Below, in pieces: positions 8,031-17,519 of a stretch of DNA of 57,766 bases. Under the pieces are notes generated by a model. It did no database searches. It saw only the letters and a program-made list of their open reading frames with translations, and had not been told where the DNA came from. This stretch comes from Myxococcota bacterium (GTDB lineage: Bacteria > Myxococcota_A > Polyangia > Polyangiales > Sandaracinaceae). The DNA lies in assembly GCA_036149055.1 (NCBI GenBank), contig JAYZQJ010000157.1:1-57766 (forward strand), given 5' to 3'. Positions within the stretch are counted from its first letter, which is position 1. Each line of letters begins with the position of its first letter. Made by a program: the position numbers and the translations under genes.

Positions 8031-9499
8031 CTAGCGGCGCTTCAGGGGATCGACGCCGAGCAGCCGGCGCACGTCCCAGACCACCTCCGAGACGATCACC
8101 TCCGAGAGGCGCGGGTCGGCGGGCTGCGGGTAGCTGACCTCGCGGAGCCGTTGATCGCTCTTGTCGCCGTAGCCCTTGCCGTAGCCGCTGTGGGAGAGGC
8201 GCACGTCGCCGATCCAGCGCACCGAGGTGACGACGGCCCGCTGCTCGCGGATCGGCGCGTAGCCCAGCGCGCGGCAGCGCTTCAGCCAGTCGGCGTGCGG
8301 GACGGAGGGCGCGTCGGGGCCGAGCGCGGGCATGTCGCCCCGGGTGAAGGCGGGGCGATCGGTCTGCCAGTTGGGCTCGTCGCCGCTCCAGTCGCCGGCG
8401 GAGACCTGCGACGGGTGGGCGACGCGGACGAACGCGTTGTCGTCGAAGCTCGACGTCACCTGCCCCGCGGCGATCGAGCCGAGGCCGCCCGGGCCGGCGA
8501 GCCGCACGCCCTCGAGCCCCTCGGCGAGCTCGGGGATGCCGAGCCAGTAGCGCAGCTCCGGGAGCCACAGGGCGGTCTGGGCGCGCAGCCAGGTCTCGGC
8601 GAGGGTGGCGAAGGTCTTCCCGCTGAAGATGCGGCAAATATTGCCGCAGCTTCCACGCGCGTGAGCGCGTGGGATGGGGTGGGAGCCCGAGCCGGCTTTG
8701 CCGGTCGGGCGGGAGGGGGCGCATGCCCCCTCCGGAAAGTGAGCTTCTTGGGCAGCTTGGTCTGCGGCAGCGCCGCGCTGACGGTCAGCGACGTGAGCCG
8801 CGCGTCGAAGGCGTCGGGGGCCGGAGGCCGTCGGCCCTCCGCCGCGTAGAAGCCCTCGGGGTGGGCGGCGAAGATCGCGCTCGCGCCGGTGACGCAGGCC
8901 CGCAGCGCGGCCGGATCGGCGCCGAGCGAGTCCGCGGCGGTCGCCCAGCGGAGCCAGCCCTTCGCGCGGCCGAAGCGGCGCGCCATCGCGGTGAGCCGGT
9001 CCTCGGCCGAGAGCAGGGCGGTCGGTGGCGCGCCGGGCTCCCCCGCGATCCGGCGCCCGGCCTCGACGAGCTTCTCGCGAGTCTCGCCCTCCGGCTCCGT
9101 CGCGAGGCGCGCCTCCAGCAGCGGGAGATGGCGGGGCCGCATGACCTGGGCGGCGGCGACGCGCTCCGCGCCGTCTTCGGCGTCGATGCGGGCGGCGATC
9201 ACGTCGTCGTTCAGGGTCGCGCTCTCGTTCCCGCCGACCAGCTCGGACGCGAAGGCGCGCTTGCCCTCCCGCACGTGGGCCGCGAGCAGCCCGAAGCTCG
9301 CCTGCTGGTAGGCGCTCGACTCGCGCCCCAGCCGCTGCTGGAGCACGGTCTTCAGCGCGATCCGGAGCGAGCGATCGGCGGGGCCGGTCTCGCTCAGGAG
9401 CGCGCTGATCACGTCGTCGTCGGTGTCGGGGCCGAGCGCCGGCCCGATCGCGTTGATGCCGCGCTTCTCGAGCACGCCGCGGAGGGTGGGGAGATCCAT
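8031..9499 (-). pseudogene. DUF4132-like protein interrupted and frameshifted by a 110-bp hairpin-rich insertion
   Basis: The coding frame runs ATG 9499 to ...KKLTF (8735) and resumes in another frame at SGKTFATLAETW... through VRVAHP...SEVVWDV. Removing 110 bp restores a 452-aa ORF. Confidence 0.7.
8625..8737. mobile_element. Miniature multi-hairpin (REP/MITE-like) element, flanked by GAA/GAA (TTC on - strand)
   Basis: Four stem-loops: 8631-8647, 8653-8672, 8685-8710, 8712-8733. It sits exactly at the frame switch of the host gene. Confidence 0.65.
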
Positions 9500-9549
9500 G
9501 CCCCTCGATACGTCGAGGGGCGGGAGAGTTTCCCCCAATTCGGGGACAT

Positions 9550-12120
9550 CTACTCGCCGTACGGGACCCAGATGTTCTTCACGTGGGTCGCCTCGCGGAG
9601 GAACTCCCGGCCGGCGCCCTCGCGGTCGTCGAGCCAGTTGCGGGGCGGGCCGTACTGGCACCAGGTGCGCTTCATGTTCCCGGCGCTCTCGAGCTCGACC
9701 TCCTTCGCCCCCTCCTCGGGGCCGAAGTACCAGACCTGCTCGACGTCGTCGTGGGCGGCGAGGGTCTTGACGAGCTCCTTGCGGTAGCCGGTCACGATGT
9801 TGAGCGCGCCGGGCGGCAGATCGCTCGTCTCGACCACCTGGTAGAAGTCGGTGGCCGCGAGGGGGTGGCGCTCCGAGGGGATCACCACCACCGCGTTGCC
9901 CATCGCGAGCGCGGGCGCGATCGTCGACACGAAGCCGAGGAGCGGGTGTGCGTCCGGGCAGACGACGCCGAGCACGCCGATGGCCTCGTTCATGGCGATG
10001 GTCACGCTGCGGAGCGGCGTGGCGTGCACGAGGCCGTCGTACTTGTCGGCCCAGGCGGCGTAGGTGAAGAGGCGCTCGACGCTCTTCTCGACCTCGCGGG
10101 TCGCGAGGCCGCCGTCGCCGAGCATCGTGCGGAGCCGCGCGATCATCTCGTCCTCGCGCTCGGCGAGGTTCTCGGCGAGGTAGTAGAGGATCTGCGCCCG
10201 CAGGTGCGCGGTGCCCGCCGACCACCCCTTGGCGCCGTGCGCCGCCTCGACCGCGTCGCGGATGTCCTTGCGGTTGCCGCGCCCGACCTCGCCCATCGGG
10301 CGGCCGTTCGCGTCGTGGATCTCGACGCTGTAGCCCCAGTCCGGCCGCTTCTGCTTGCCGCCGATGTAGAGCTTCGCGGTGCGATCGATCGGCGGGAGCA
10401 CCGGGCCGCCGGCCGGCGGGGCGCCCTCGCTGACCTCGCGCGGGTTCACGCTGCCGGCGTGGCTCGGCCAGCTCTGGCGCGGGGTGAGGCCGTCCGGGCT
10501 GCGACCGGTCGCCTCCTCGATCCAGCGGGGCTTCACGTACTCGTAGAGCCCCTCCTTGCCGCCCTCGCGCCCGTAGCCGCTCTCGCGGTAGCCGCCGAAG
10601 CCGGCCGCGGCGTCGAAGACGTTGGTGCAGTTCACCCAGACGGTGCCCGCCTTGATCTTCGGGGCCACGTCGAGCGCCAGGTTGAGGTTCTCGCTCCAGA
10701 TGCTGGCCGCGAGCCCGTAGCGGGTGTTGTTGGCGAGCTCGATCGCCTCCTTCGGCGTCCGGAAGGTCATGAAGACCACCACCGGGCCGAAGATCTCGAC
10801 CTGCGCCACCGTGCTCGCCGGCGACACGTCGCTCAGCAGGGTGGGCGGGTAGAAGAGCCCCTCGGTCGGGCAGCTCCACGACGGCTGCCAGAGGGTCGCG
10901 CCCTCGTCCTCGCCGCGCTTCACCAGCCCGCGGATCTGCTCGAGCTGGACCGGGGCGACGATGGCGCCCATGTCGATCGCCTTGTCGAGCGGGTCGCCGA
11001 GGCGGAGCTTCTCCATGCGCGCGCGCAGCCGCTTCAGCAGCTCGTCGGCCACGCTCTCCTGGCAGAGGATGCGCGAGCCGGCGCAGCAGACCTGGCCCTG
11101 GTTGAACCAGATGGCGTCCACCACCCCCTCGACCACGCTGTCGAGGTCGGCGTCCTCGAAGACGACGAAGGGCGACTTGCCGCCGAGCTCGAGGCTCAGC
11201 TTCTTGCCGGTGCCCGCGGTGGCCTTGCGGATGATGCGGCCCACGCCGGTCGAGCCGGTGAAGGCGATCTTCTTCACGTCGGGGTGATCGACGAGCGCCG
11301 CGCCCGCCTTGCCGTCGCCCTGGAGGATGTTCACCACGCCCGGCGGCAGGTTCACCTCGGCGCAGATCTCGGCGAAGAGCACGGCGGTGAGCGGGGTGTA
11401 CTCGGCCGGCTTGAGCACGACCGTGTTCCCCATCGCGAGGGCGGGGGCGATCTTCCACGCGAGCATGAGCAGCGGGAAGTTCCACGGGATGATCTGACCG
11501 ACGACCCCGACCGGCACGCAGTCGCTCAGCTCGGTCTCCATGAGCTGGGCCCAGCCGGCGTGGTGGTAGAAGTGGCGCGCCACGAGCGGCACGTCGATGT
11601 CGCGGCTCTCGCGGATCGGCTTGCCGTTGTCGAGCGACTCGAGCACCGCGAGCTTGCGGTGGTGCTTCTGCACGTGCCGCGCGATCGCGTAGAGGTAGCG
11701 GGCGCGGCCGTGGGCGCCGAGCTCGCGCCAGCCGGGGAGGGCGGCCTTCGCCGCCGCGACCGCGGCGTCCACGTCGTCGGCGCCGCCCTCGGCGACCTCG
11801 GCGAGCTTCACGACCTCGCCCTCGTAGGCGCTGCGGCCGGGGTTGATGCTGTCGAAGTAGGTGCCGCTCGCCGGCGGGACCCAGGCGCCGCCGATGAAGT
11901 GATCGAAGCGGCGGCCGCGGGCCTCGAGCCACTCGGTCACCACCGAGTCGGTCTCGGGCGCGGGGCCGTAGGCCATGGACTCGAAGATCTCGGCCACGGT
12001 GTCGCCTCCACCCGGAGAAGTCGACGCGCCGTTGCGCTTCTTCTTCTTCTCCTTGTCCTTCTTCTTTTTCTTCTTCTTGCCCTCGTCCTCGAGGGCCTCG
12101 GTCGGGTGCTGTTCACTCAT
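9550..12120 (-). CDS. Aldehyde dehydrogenase, long ALDH16-type (extra C-terminal NAD-binding-like domain)
   Basis: PWNFP, FTGSTGVG, LELGGKSP, NQGQVCCAG, EIFGPV; second partial ALDH repeat. Confidence 0.92.
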   Translation of the reverse strand: MSEQHPTEALEDEGKKKKKKKDKEKKKKRNGASTSPGGGDTVAEIFESMAYGPAPETDSVVTEWLEARGRRFDHFIGGAWVPPASGTYFDSINPGRSAYEGEVVKLAEVAEGGADDVDAAVAAAKAALPGWRELGAHGRARYLYAIARHVQKHHRKLAVLESLDNGKPIRESRDIDVPLVARHFYHHAGWAQLMETELSDCVPVGVVGQIIPWNFPLLMLAWKIAPALAMGNTVVLKPAEYTPLTAVLFAEICAEVNLPPGVVNILQGDGKAGAALVDHPDVKKIAFTGSTGVGRIIRKATAGTGKKLSLELGGKSPFVVFEDADLDSVVEGVVDAIWFNQGQVCCAGSRILCQESVADELLKRLRARMEKLRLGDPLDKAIDMGAIVAPVQLEQIRGLVKRGEDEGATLWQPSWSCPTEGLFYPPTLLSDVSPASTVAQVEIFGPVVVFMTFRTPKEAIELANNTRYGLAASIWSENLNLALDVAPKIKAGTVWVNCTNVFDAAAGFGGYRESGYGREGGKEGLYEYVKPRWIEEATGRSPDGLTPRQSWPSHAGSVNPREVSEGAPPAGGPVLPPIDRTAKLYIGGKQKRPDWGYSVEIHDANGRPMGEVGRGNRKDIRDAVEAAHGAKGWSAGTAHLRAQILYYLAENLAEREDEMIARLRTMLGDGGLATREVEKSVERLFTYAAWADKYDGLVHATPLRSVTIAMNEAIGVLGVVCPDAHPLLGFVSTIAPALAMGNAVVVIPSERHPLAATDFYQVVETSDLPPGALNIVTGYRKELVKTLAAHDDVEQVWYFGPEEGAKEVELESAGNMKRTWCQYGPPRNWLDDREGAGREFLREATHVKNIWVPYGE

Positions 12121-12123
12121 GGG

Positions 12124-13092
12124 TCACGCCATCGGGTGGTGGTGGTACGCGGAGTATCGGCCGGTCACGTGGTGGTCGAGCTGACGCTCGATGTCGGAGA
12201 GGAGCGAGCTGGCGCCGAAGCGGAAGAGGTCGGGCTCAAGCCAGCGATCGCCGAGCTCCTCCTTCATGAGCACGAGCCAGGCGAGGGCCTCCTTGGCCTT
12301 GCGGATGCCGCCGGCCGGCTTGAAGCCGACCTTGAAGCCGGTGAGGTCCTCGTAGGCGCGGATCGCGCGCGTCATCACGAGGCCGAACTCGAGGGTCGCG
12401 TTGAGCGACTCCTTGCCGGTGGAGGTCTTGATGAAGTCGCTGCCGGCCATCATCGCGACCCAGCTCGCGCGGGCCACGTTGCGGAGCGTGCCCAGCTCGC
12501 CGGTGGCGAGGATGGTCTTCATGTGCGCGTCGCCGCACGCCTCGCGGCAGACCTTGATCTCCTCGTAGAGCGCCTTCCAGTCGTGCCGCAGCACGTGCTG
12601 GCGGGTGATGACGATGTCGATCTCCTCGGCGCCGTGCTTCACCGACGCCTCGATCTCGGCGAGGCGCTGCTTCAGCGGGCTGAGCCCGGCCGGGAAGCCG
12701 GTGGACACCGCCGCGACCGGGATGCCGGAGCCCTTCAGCTCCTCCACCGCGGTCTTCACCATCTCGTGGTAGACGCAGACCGCGCCGGTGGTGATGCGCT
12801 TGTCGGCCACCCCGAGCGCCTCGAGCAGGTCCTTGCGCACCGGGCTCTTCGCCTTGGCGCAGAGCCGCCGCACGTTCGACGGCGTGTCGTCGCCGCTCAG
12901 GGTGGTCAGGTCGATCAGCGTGATCGCGCGCAGGAGCCAGGCGGCCTGCCACTGCTTCTTCACGCTGCGGCGCTGGAAGATCGTCGCCGCGCGGCGCTCG
13001 ATCGCGCTGGTGTTGGCCTGGACCGCCTCGACGAGGTCGAGGGTCAGATCCATGCCCGGGTTTCGCTCGAGGGCGTGGTGCTTCGCGTTCAT
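12124..13092 (-). CDS. deoC: Deoxyribose-phosphate aldolase (long type)
   Basis: IDLTTLSGDDT, VAAVSTGFPAG, FIKTSTGK, GFKPAGGIR, RFGASSLL. Confidence 0.95.
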   Translation of the reverse strand: MNAKHHALERNPGMDLTLDLVEAVQANTSAIERRAATIFQRRSVKKQWQAAWLLRAITLIDLTTLSGDDTPSNVRRLCAKAKSPVRKDLLEALGVADKRITTGAVCVYHEMVKTAVEELKGSGIPVAAVSTGFPAGLSPLKQRLAEIEASVKHGAEEIDIVITRQHVLRHDWKALYEEIKVCREACGDAHMKTILATGELGTLRNVARASWVAMMAGSDFIKTSTGKESLNATLEFGLVMTRAIRAYEDLTGFKVGFKPAGGIRKAKEALAWLVLMKEELGDRWLEPDLFRFGASSLLSDIERQLDHHVTGRYSAYHHHPMA

Positions 13093-13210
13093 GGAGGCCG
13101 GGTAGTGTCGCCCGACTTCCGACGGCGCGGCAAGCCGACTCCTCACGCCATGTCGCGCGCGGAGCGCTACGACAATCGCCCGGAGGCGCTACCTTCGCCT
13201 CCAGGGGGAC

Positions 13211-14650
13211 ATGGACTCGCTCTGGGACTTCTCCACCGGGCTCTCCGCGGCGGGCACGCTGATCGGCTTCGTGTCGCTCGCCTTCATCCCGCTGGTGCTG
13301 CTGCGGAGGAAGGATCCGCCGGCCACCTTCGCCTGGATCCTGGTGCTGCTCTTCGTGCCGGTGCTCGGGGTGGTGCTCTTCTGGTTCCTGGGCCGCGATC
13401 GGGTCCGCCGCCCGGTGCGCGAGCGCATCATCGGCGGGGCCGACGTGCGCGGCCGGCTCACCCAGCGCCTGAGCGGGCAGTTCGATCACGCGCTGCTCGA
13501 GCGCAGCCTCTCGGCTCAGCCCGAGGAGCAGCGCGGGGTGATGCGGCTCGCGGCCCGCGTGGGCAAGATGCAGATCGTCGCCGGCAACGACGCCCGGGTC
13601 CTGGTGGGCGCGCCCGAGACCTACGACGCGCTGCTCGCGGCGATCGAGGCCGCCACCGACCACGTGCACCTCGAGTACTACATCTTCCGCGCCGACCGCT
13701 CGGGGCGCCGCCTGATCGACGCGCTCGAGGCGGCGGCGCGGCGCGGGGTGCGGGTCCGCCTGCTCTACGACGGCTTCGGCTCGGTGGGGCTGCGGCGGCA
13801 CCTCCGCGGTCTCCTGCAGGCGGGGGGCTACGCCCGGCCGTTCTTCCCGCTCTCGCTGCTGCGCCGCGCCTGGACGGTGAACCTGCGCAACCACCGCAAG
13901 CTGGTGGTGGTCGACGGCAACGTCGGCTTCACCGGCGGCGTGAACGTGGGCGACCAGTTCCTCGAGTGGCGCGACGTGCACCTCCAGCTCGAGGGGCCCG
14001 TCGTGGCCGAGCTGCAGGCGATGTTCGCGGCCGACTGGTACCTCGCGACCCGCTTCGACCTGAGCGACCCGGCGTTCTTCCCGGTGCTGCCGCCGCGCGG
14101 CGAGACGGTGGCCCAGGTCTTCGGCTCGGGGCCCGACGAGAGCCTGGAGGCGATCCACAAGCTCTACTTCGCGGCCATCGCCTCGGCCCGGCGCCAGGTG
14201 GTCCTCGCCACGCCGTACTTCGTGCCGGACAAGGCGATGAGCGTGGCCCTGCAGACGGCGGCCCTCCGCGGGGTCGAGGTCGACCTCATCGTGCCGGCGC
14301 GGAGCAACCACCGGGTCACCTTCCACGCCGGGCGCAGCTTCTACGACGAGCTGCTCGCGGCCGGGGTGCGCATTCACGAGTACGAGCGCGGCATGCTCCA
14401 CACCAAGGCGATGGTGGTCGACGCCCGGGTGGGCACCGTCGGCACCTTCAACCTCGACTCGCGCAGCTTCCGGCTGAACTTCGAGCTGGTGGCGGTGCTC
14501 TACGACGCGCCCACCGTGGCCCGGCTCGCGGCGCTCCTGGCCGAAGACCTCGAGGCCTCCCGCCGGGTCGAGCTCGAGGCGTGGCGCCAGCGCTCGCTCG
14601 GCACCCGCATCAAGGAGGGCTTCGCCCGCCTGATGTCGCCGCTCTTGTAG
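13211..14650 (+). CDS. cls: Cardiolipin synthase
   Basis: Two N-terminal TM helices (PLDc_N) and two HKD motifs (NHRKLVVVD, LHTKAMVVD). Confidence 0.95.
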   Translation: MDSLWDFSTGLSAAGTLIGFVSLAFIPLVLLRRKDPPATFAWILVLLFVPVLGVVLFWFLGRDRVRRPVRERIIGGADVRGRLTQRLSGQFDHALLERSLSAQPEEQRGVMRLAARVGKMQIVAGNDARVLVGAPETYDALLAAIEAATDHVHLEYYIFRADRSGRRLIDALEAAARRGVRVRLLYDGFGSVGLRRHLRGLLQAGGYARPFFPLSLLRRAWTVNLRNHRKLVVVDGNVGFTGGVNVGDQFLEWRDVHLQLEGPVVAELQAMFAADWYLATRFDLSDPAFFPVLPPRGETVAQVFGSGPDESLEAIHKLYFAAIASARRQVVLATPYFVPDKAMSVALQTAALRGVEVDLIVPARSNHRVTFHAGRSFYDELLAAGVRIHEYERGMLHTKAMVVDARVGTVGTFNLDSRSFRLNFELVAVLYDAPTVARLAALLAEDLEASRRVELEAWRQRSLGTRIKEGFARLMSPLL

Positions 14651-14673
14651 ACGAAGCGTGTTACACGGCCCGC

Positions 14674-15564
14674 GTGAATCGCTGCGTGCCGCTCCTCTTC
14701 CTCTGCCTCGCCGGCTGCTCGTCGTGCGGGGAGGAGGCCGAGCTCACCGTCCAGGGCGACCACCCCTACGTGCGCTGCCACCTCGCCGAGGCCCCCGAAG
14801 CCCACGAGGCCCGGGTCGGCGCGCTCCGGCTCCGCTACGACGAACGGACGCTCAGTATCGAAGGTGCTCCGGAGTCGACGCGGCTCGCCGTCTTCGCCGG
14901 GCCGGGGGAGCACGCGCTGCCCGAGGCGCCCGAGGCCGACCTCGCGATCGTGCTCGGAGAGCTGGGCGAGCCGGCCGAGACCCTCGCCGCGCTCGCGGCC
15001 TGGGAGCTGCCGGTGATCGTGGTCGCCGGCGGCGCCGAGCGCTTCGAGCCCCTCCGCGAGGCCTTCGCCGGCCTCGAGGGCGCGGCGGCGGAGCGTGTCG
15101 TGAACGCTACCGTGCTGCGGGTGATCCGGATCGGGGCGCTGGAGCTGGTGGTGGTCGCGGGATCGCCCGGCGGGCGCTACGGGGCCGGCGAGGGCAGCTG
15201 CGGGATCGGCGAAGACGACGTGGAGGGGTGGGCGCTCGACGCGCCCGAGGCGGGCGTCCGGCGGGTGCTGCTGTCCTGGGCGGGCCCGGCCGGGACCGAC
15301 GCCACCGAGGGCCTGCTCGGCGCGGACGCCGGCTCGCCGCTGATGGCGCGGATCGCCGAGGCGGCCGGCGCCGAGGGCGCGCTCTTCGCCTGGCCGCGCG
15401 GCGCGGTCGGCCGGCCGGACGGGGAGGGCGCGGCCCTGAAGCTCGCCGTCCCGCCGATCGCGGGGGTCACCGTGCTCCGGGCGGATGGCCGCCGCGTGGC
15501 CCCCGGCGTGACGCGTCTCACCCTGCGCCCGGAGGGGCCGGGGCTGGCCCTCGACTCGCCTTGA
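14674..15564 (+). CDS. Lipoprotein with a degenerate calcineurin-like metallophosphoesterase fold
   Basis: Lipobox LAGC; IVLGEL, VVAGGAE, LLSWAGP sit where GD, GNHE and SHxPP would be. Confidence 0.55.
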   Translation: MNRCVPLLFLCLAGCSSCGEEAELTVQGDHPYVRCHLAEAPEAHEARVGALRLRYDERTLSIEGAPESTRLAVFAGPGEHALPEAPEADLAIVLGELGEPAETLAALAAWELPVIVVAGGAERFEPLREAFAGLEGAAAERVVNATVLRVIRIGALELVVVAGSPGGRYGAGEGSCGIGEDDVEGWALDAPEAGVRRVLLSWAGPAGTDATEGLLGADAGSPLMARIAEAAGAEGALFAWPRGAVGRPDGEGAALKLAVPPIAGVTVLRADGRRVAPGVTRLTLRPEGPGLALDSP

Positions 15565-15589
15565 CTCGGGGGGAGCGCCGGACTATCCC
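15561..15589 (+). promoter_or_regulatory. sigma70-type promoter for the yceD-rpmF-fab operon
   Basis: TTGACT-N17-TATCCC. Confidence 0.6.
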
Positions 15590-15661
15590 CCGGCCCTTCC
15601 AGCGCCCGGGCGCCGTGCGGGGGTGCGCCCTCCGCCCGGATCGACCGACGCTACGCACGCC

Positions 15662-16228
15662 ATGGCCGACCTCGTCCTCAACGTCCAAGACATCGACGAG
15701 GCGGGAAAGTCCTACGACTTCCCGCTGACGAGGGAGTGGCTCGCCCAGGCGCTCGGGGACACCGACGTCTCGCTCGCCCCCGAGGCGGGCGAGGGGCACC
15801 TCGCGCTGCGCGCCCAGAAGCAGGGGGACGACGTCGTCCTGACCGGCCGGCTGCGCGCCGCGCTCGTGACGCCCTGCTCGCGCTGCCTCGAGCCGGCCCC
15901 GGTGCCGGTGGACGCGGAGGTGGGCAACCTCTTCACCGCCCGCGGCCCCGCGCTGCGCCCCGAGCCCGACGAGCTCGAGCTCACCCCGGAGGATCTCGAT
16001 CGCGAGTTCTTCTCCGGCGACCGCATCGTGCTCGATGACATCGTGCGCGAGTACCTCCTCCTGGAGGTCCCCATCCAGCCCGTGTGTGAGCCGGGCTGCG
16101 AGGGCATTCCCGTTCCGGCCGAGGTGGCAGGTCCGAAGGACCTGCGCGCCGACGCCAAAGTCGAAGGGGTGGATCCCCGCCTCGCCCCCTTGTTATCGCT
16201 GGTCGGCAAAGTCCCGACCGAGGAGTGA
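15662..16228 (+). CDS. yceD: DUF177/YceD 23S rRNA accumulation protein
   Basis: CSRCL, PIQPVC..C.G, DPRLAPL; directly upstream of rpmF. Confidence 0.9.
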   Translation: MADLVLNVQDIDEAGKSYDFPLTREWLAQALGDTDVSLAPEAGEGHLALRAQKQGDDVVLTGRLRAALVTPCSRCLEPAPVPVDAEVGNLFTARGPALRPEPDELELTPEDLDREFFSGDRIVLDDIVREYLLLEVPIQPVCEPGCEGIPVPAEVAGPKDLRADAKVEGVDPRLAPLLSLVGKVPTEE

Positions 16229-16232
16229 ACCC

Positions 16233-16427
16233 GTGGCCGTCCCGAAGCGTCGAAACCCGCGCTCGCGTCGCAACGCCCGTCGCGCCAACCACGATCGCGT
16301 CTCGCCCCCGAACGTGATCCCCTGCCCGAACTGTGGCGAGACCATGATCCCGCACCGCGTCTGCCCCGCCTGTGGGCACTACGCTGGCCGCGAGGTCATC
16401 GAGATCGTCGAAGAGACGCTCGACTGA
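16233..16427 (+). CDS. rpmF: 50S ribosomal protein L32 (Zn-ribbon form)
   Basis: MAVPKRR...CPNCG...PHRVCPACGHY; AGGAG RBS. Confidence 0.97.
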   Translation: MAVPKRRNPRSRRNARRANHDRVSPPNVIPCPNCGETMIPHRVCPACGHYAGREVIEIVEETLD

Positions 16428-16449
16428 GCCGTCTCGGGGGGAGCCTCTC

Positions 16450-17196
16450 ATGTTCGATCTGAGTGGAAAGGTCGCCCTCGTCACGGGCGGCTCCCGGGGC
16501 ATCGGCCGCGCGGTCTCCGTGACGCTCGCGAAGGCGGGCGCCCGGGTGATCGTGAACTACGCCGGCAACGAAGCCGCCGCGGCCGAGACCCTCGAGCTCG
16601 TCCGCCAGGCGGGCTCGGACGGCGAGATCCTCCGCTTCGACGTCTCGGATCCCGAGGCGGTCGACGCGGCGATCGCCGACGCGGCCAAGCGGCACGAGGG
16701 GCTCCACATCCTGGTGAACAACGCCGGGATCGCCCTCGATCAGCTCCTCCTGCGCATCAAGCCGGAGGAGCTCGAGAAGACCATGGCGGTGAACGTCGGC
16801 GGCGCGCTCTGGTGCGCCAAGGCGGCCATCCGCCTGATGATGCGCAAGCGCTACGGCCGCGTCATCAACCTCACCAGCGTCGTCGGCGAGGCCGGCAACG
16901 CCGGTCAGGCCGTCTACAGCGCCTCCAAGGCGGGGATCATCGGGTTGACGAAGACGCTCGCTCGGGAGTACGCCTCCCGCGGCGTGACGGTCAACGCGGT
17001 CGCGCCCGGGTTCATCGAGACGGACATGACCGCCTCGCTGCCCGACAAGGTGAAGGAAGACGCCATCGCTCAGACGCCCCTCGGGCGCATGGGCAGCCCG
17101 GAGGACATCGCGCACGCGGTCCTCTACCTCGCGAGTGAAGAAGCCGGGTTCATCACGGGGCACGTGCTCCGGGTGAACGGCGGAATGCAGATTTAG
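16450..17196 (+). CDS. fabG: 3-oxoacyl-ACP reductase
   Basis: [26 protein letters not shown]; operon context. Confidence 0.95.
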   Translation: MFDLSGKVALVTGGSRGIGRAVSVTLAKAGARVIVNYAGNEAAAAETLELVRQAGSDGEILRFDVSDPEAVDAAIADAAKRHEGLHILVNNAGIALDQLLLRIKPEELEKTMAVNVGGALWCAKAAIRLMMRKRYGRVINLTSVVGEAGNAGQAVYSASKAGIIGLTKTLAREYASRGVTVNAVAPGFIETDMTASLPDKVKEDAIAQTPLGRMGSPEDIAHAVLYLASEEAGFITGHVLRVNGGMQI

Positions 17197-17282
17197 GACA
17201 GCCCTCGGGCCTCACACAGGTCACACACCGGTACGACGTCCGGCTCACCGAATCCTCGGTGGGAACGGTCGCGGAGGATGGA

Positions 17283-17516
17283 ATGGAAACTGCGGACAAG
17301 GTCAAGGAGATCATCTCTCAGCAGCTCGACGTGGACGTCGGACAGATCAAGGAAGAGTCCGCGTTCATCGAGGACCTCGGCGCCGACTCGCTCGCGATCG
17401 TCGAGCTCGTCCTCGCGTTCGAGGAGCAGTTCGAGATCGAGATCCCCGACGAGGACACCGAGAAGATCCGCACCGTCGGCGACGCGGTCTCCTACATCAA
17501 GAGCCGCACGAGCTGA
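17283..17516 (+). CDS. acpP: Acyl carrier protein
   Basis: DLGADSL phosphopantetheine site; GGAGG RBS. Confidence 0.97.
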   Translation: METADKVKEIISQQLDVDVGQIKEESAFIEDLGADSLAIVELVLAFEEQFEIEIPDEDTEKIRTVGDAVSYIKSRTS

Positions 17517-17519
17517 ACG

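Noticed and set aside
8026..8724. 232-aa ORF starting inside the hairpin insertion
   Set aside because: Arg-rich off-frame reading of the real gene; its ATG is in a hairpin loop of the element.
17212..17227. TCACACA direct repeat upstream of acpP as a regulator site
   Set aside because: Only two short copies with no second occurrence noticed; not enough support.
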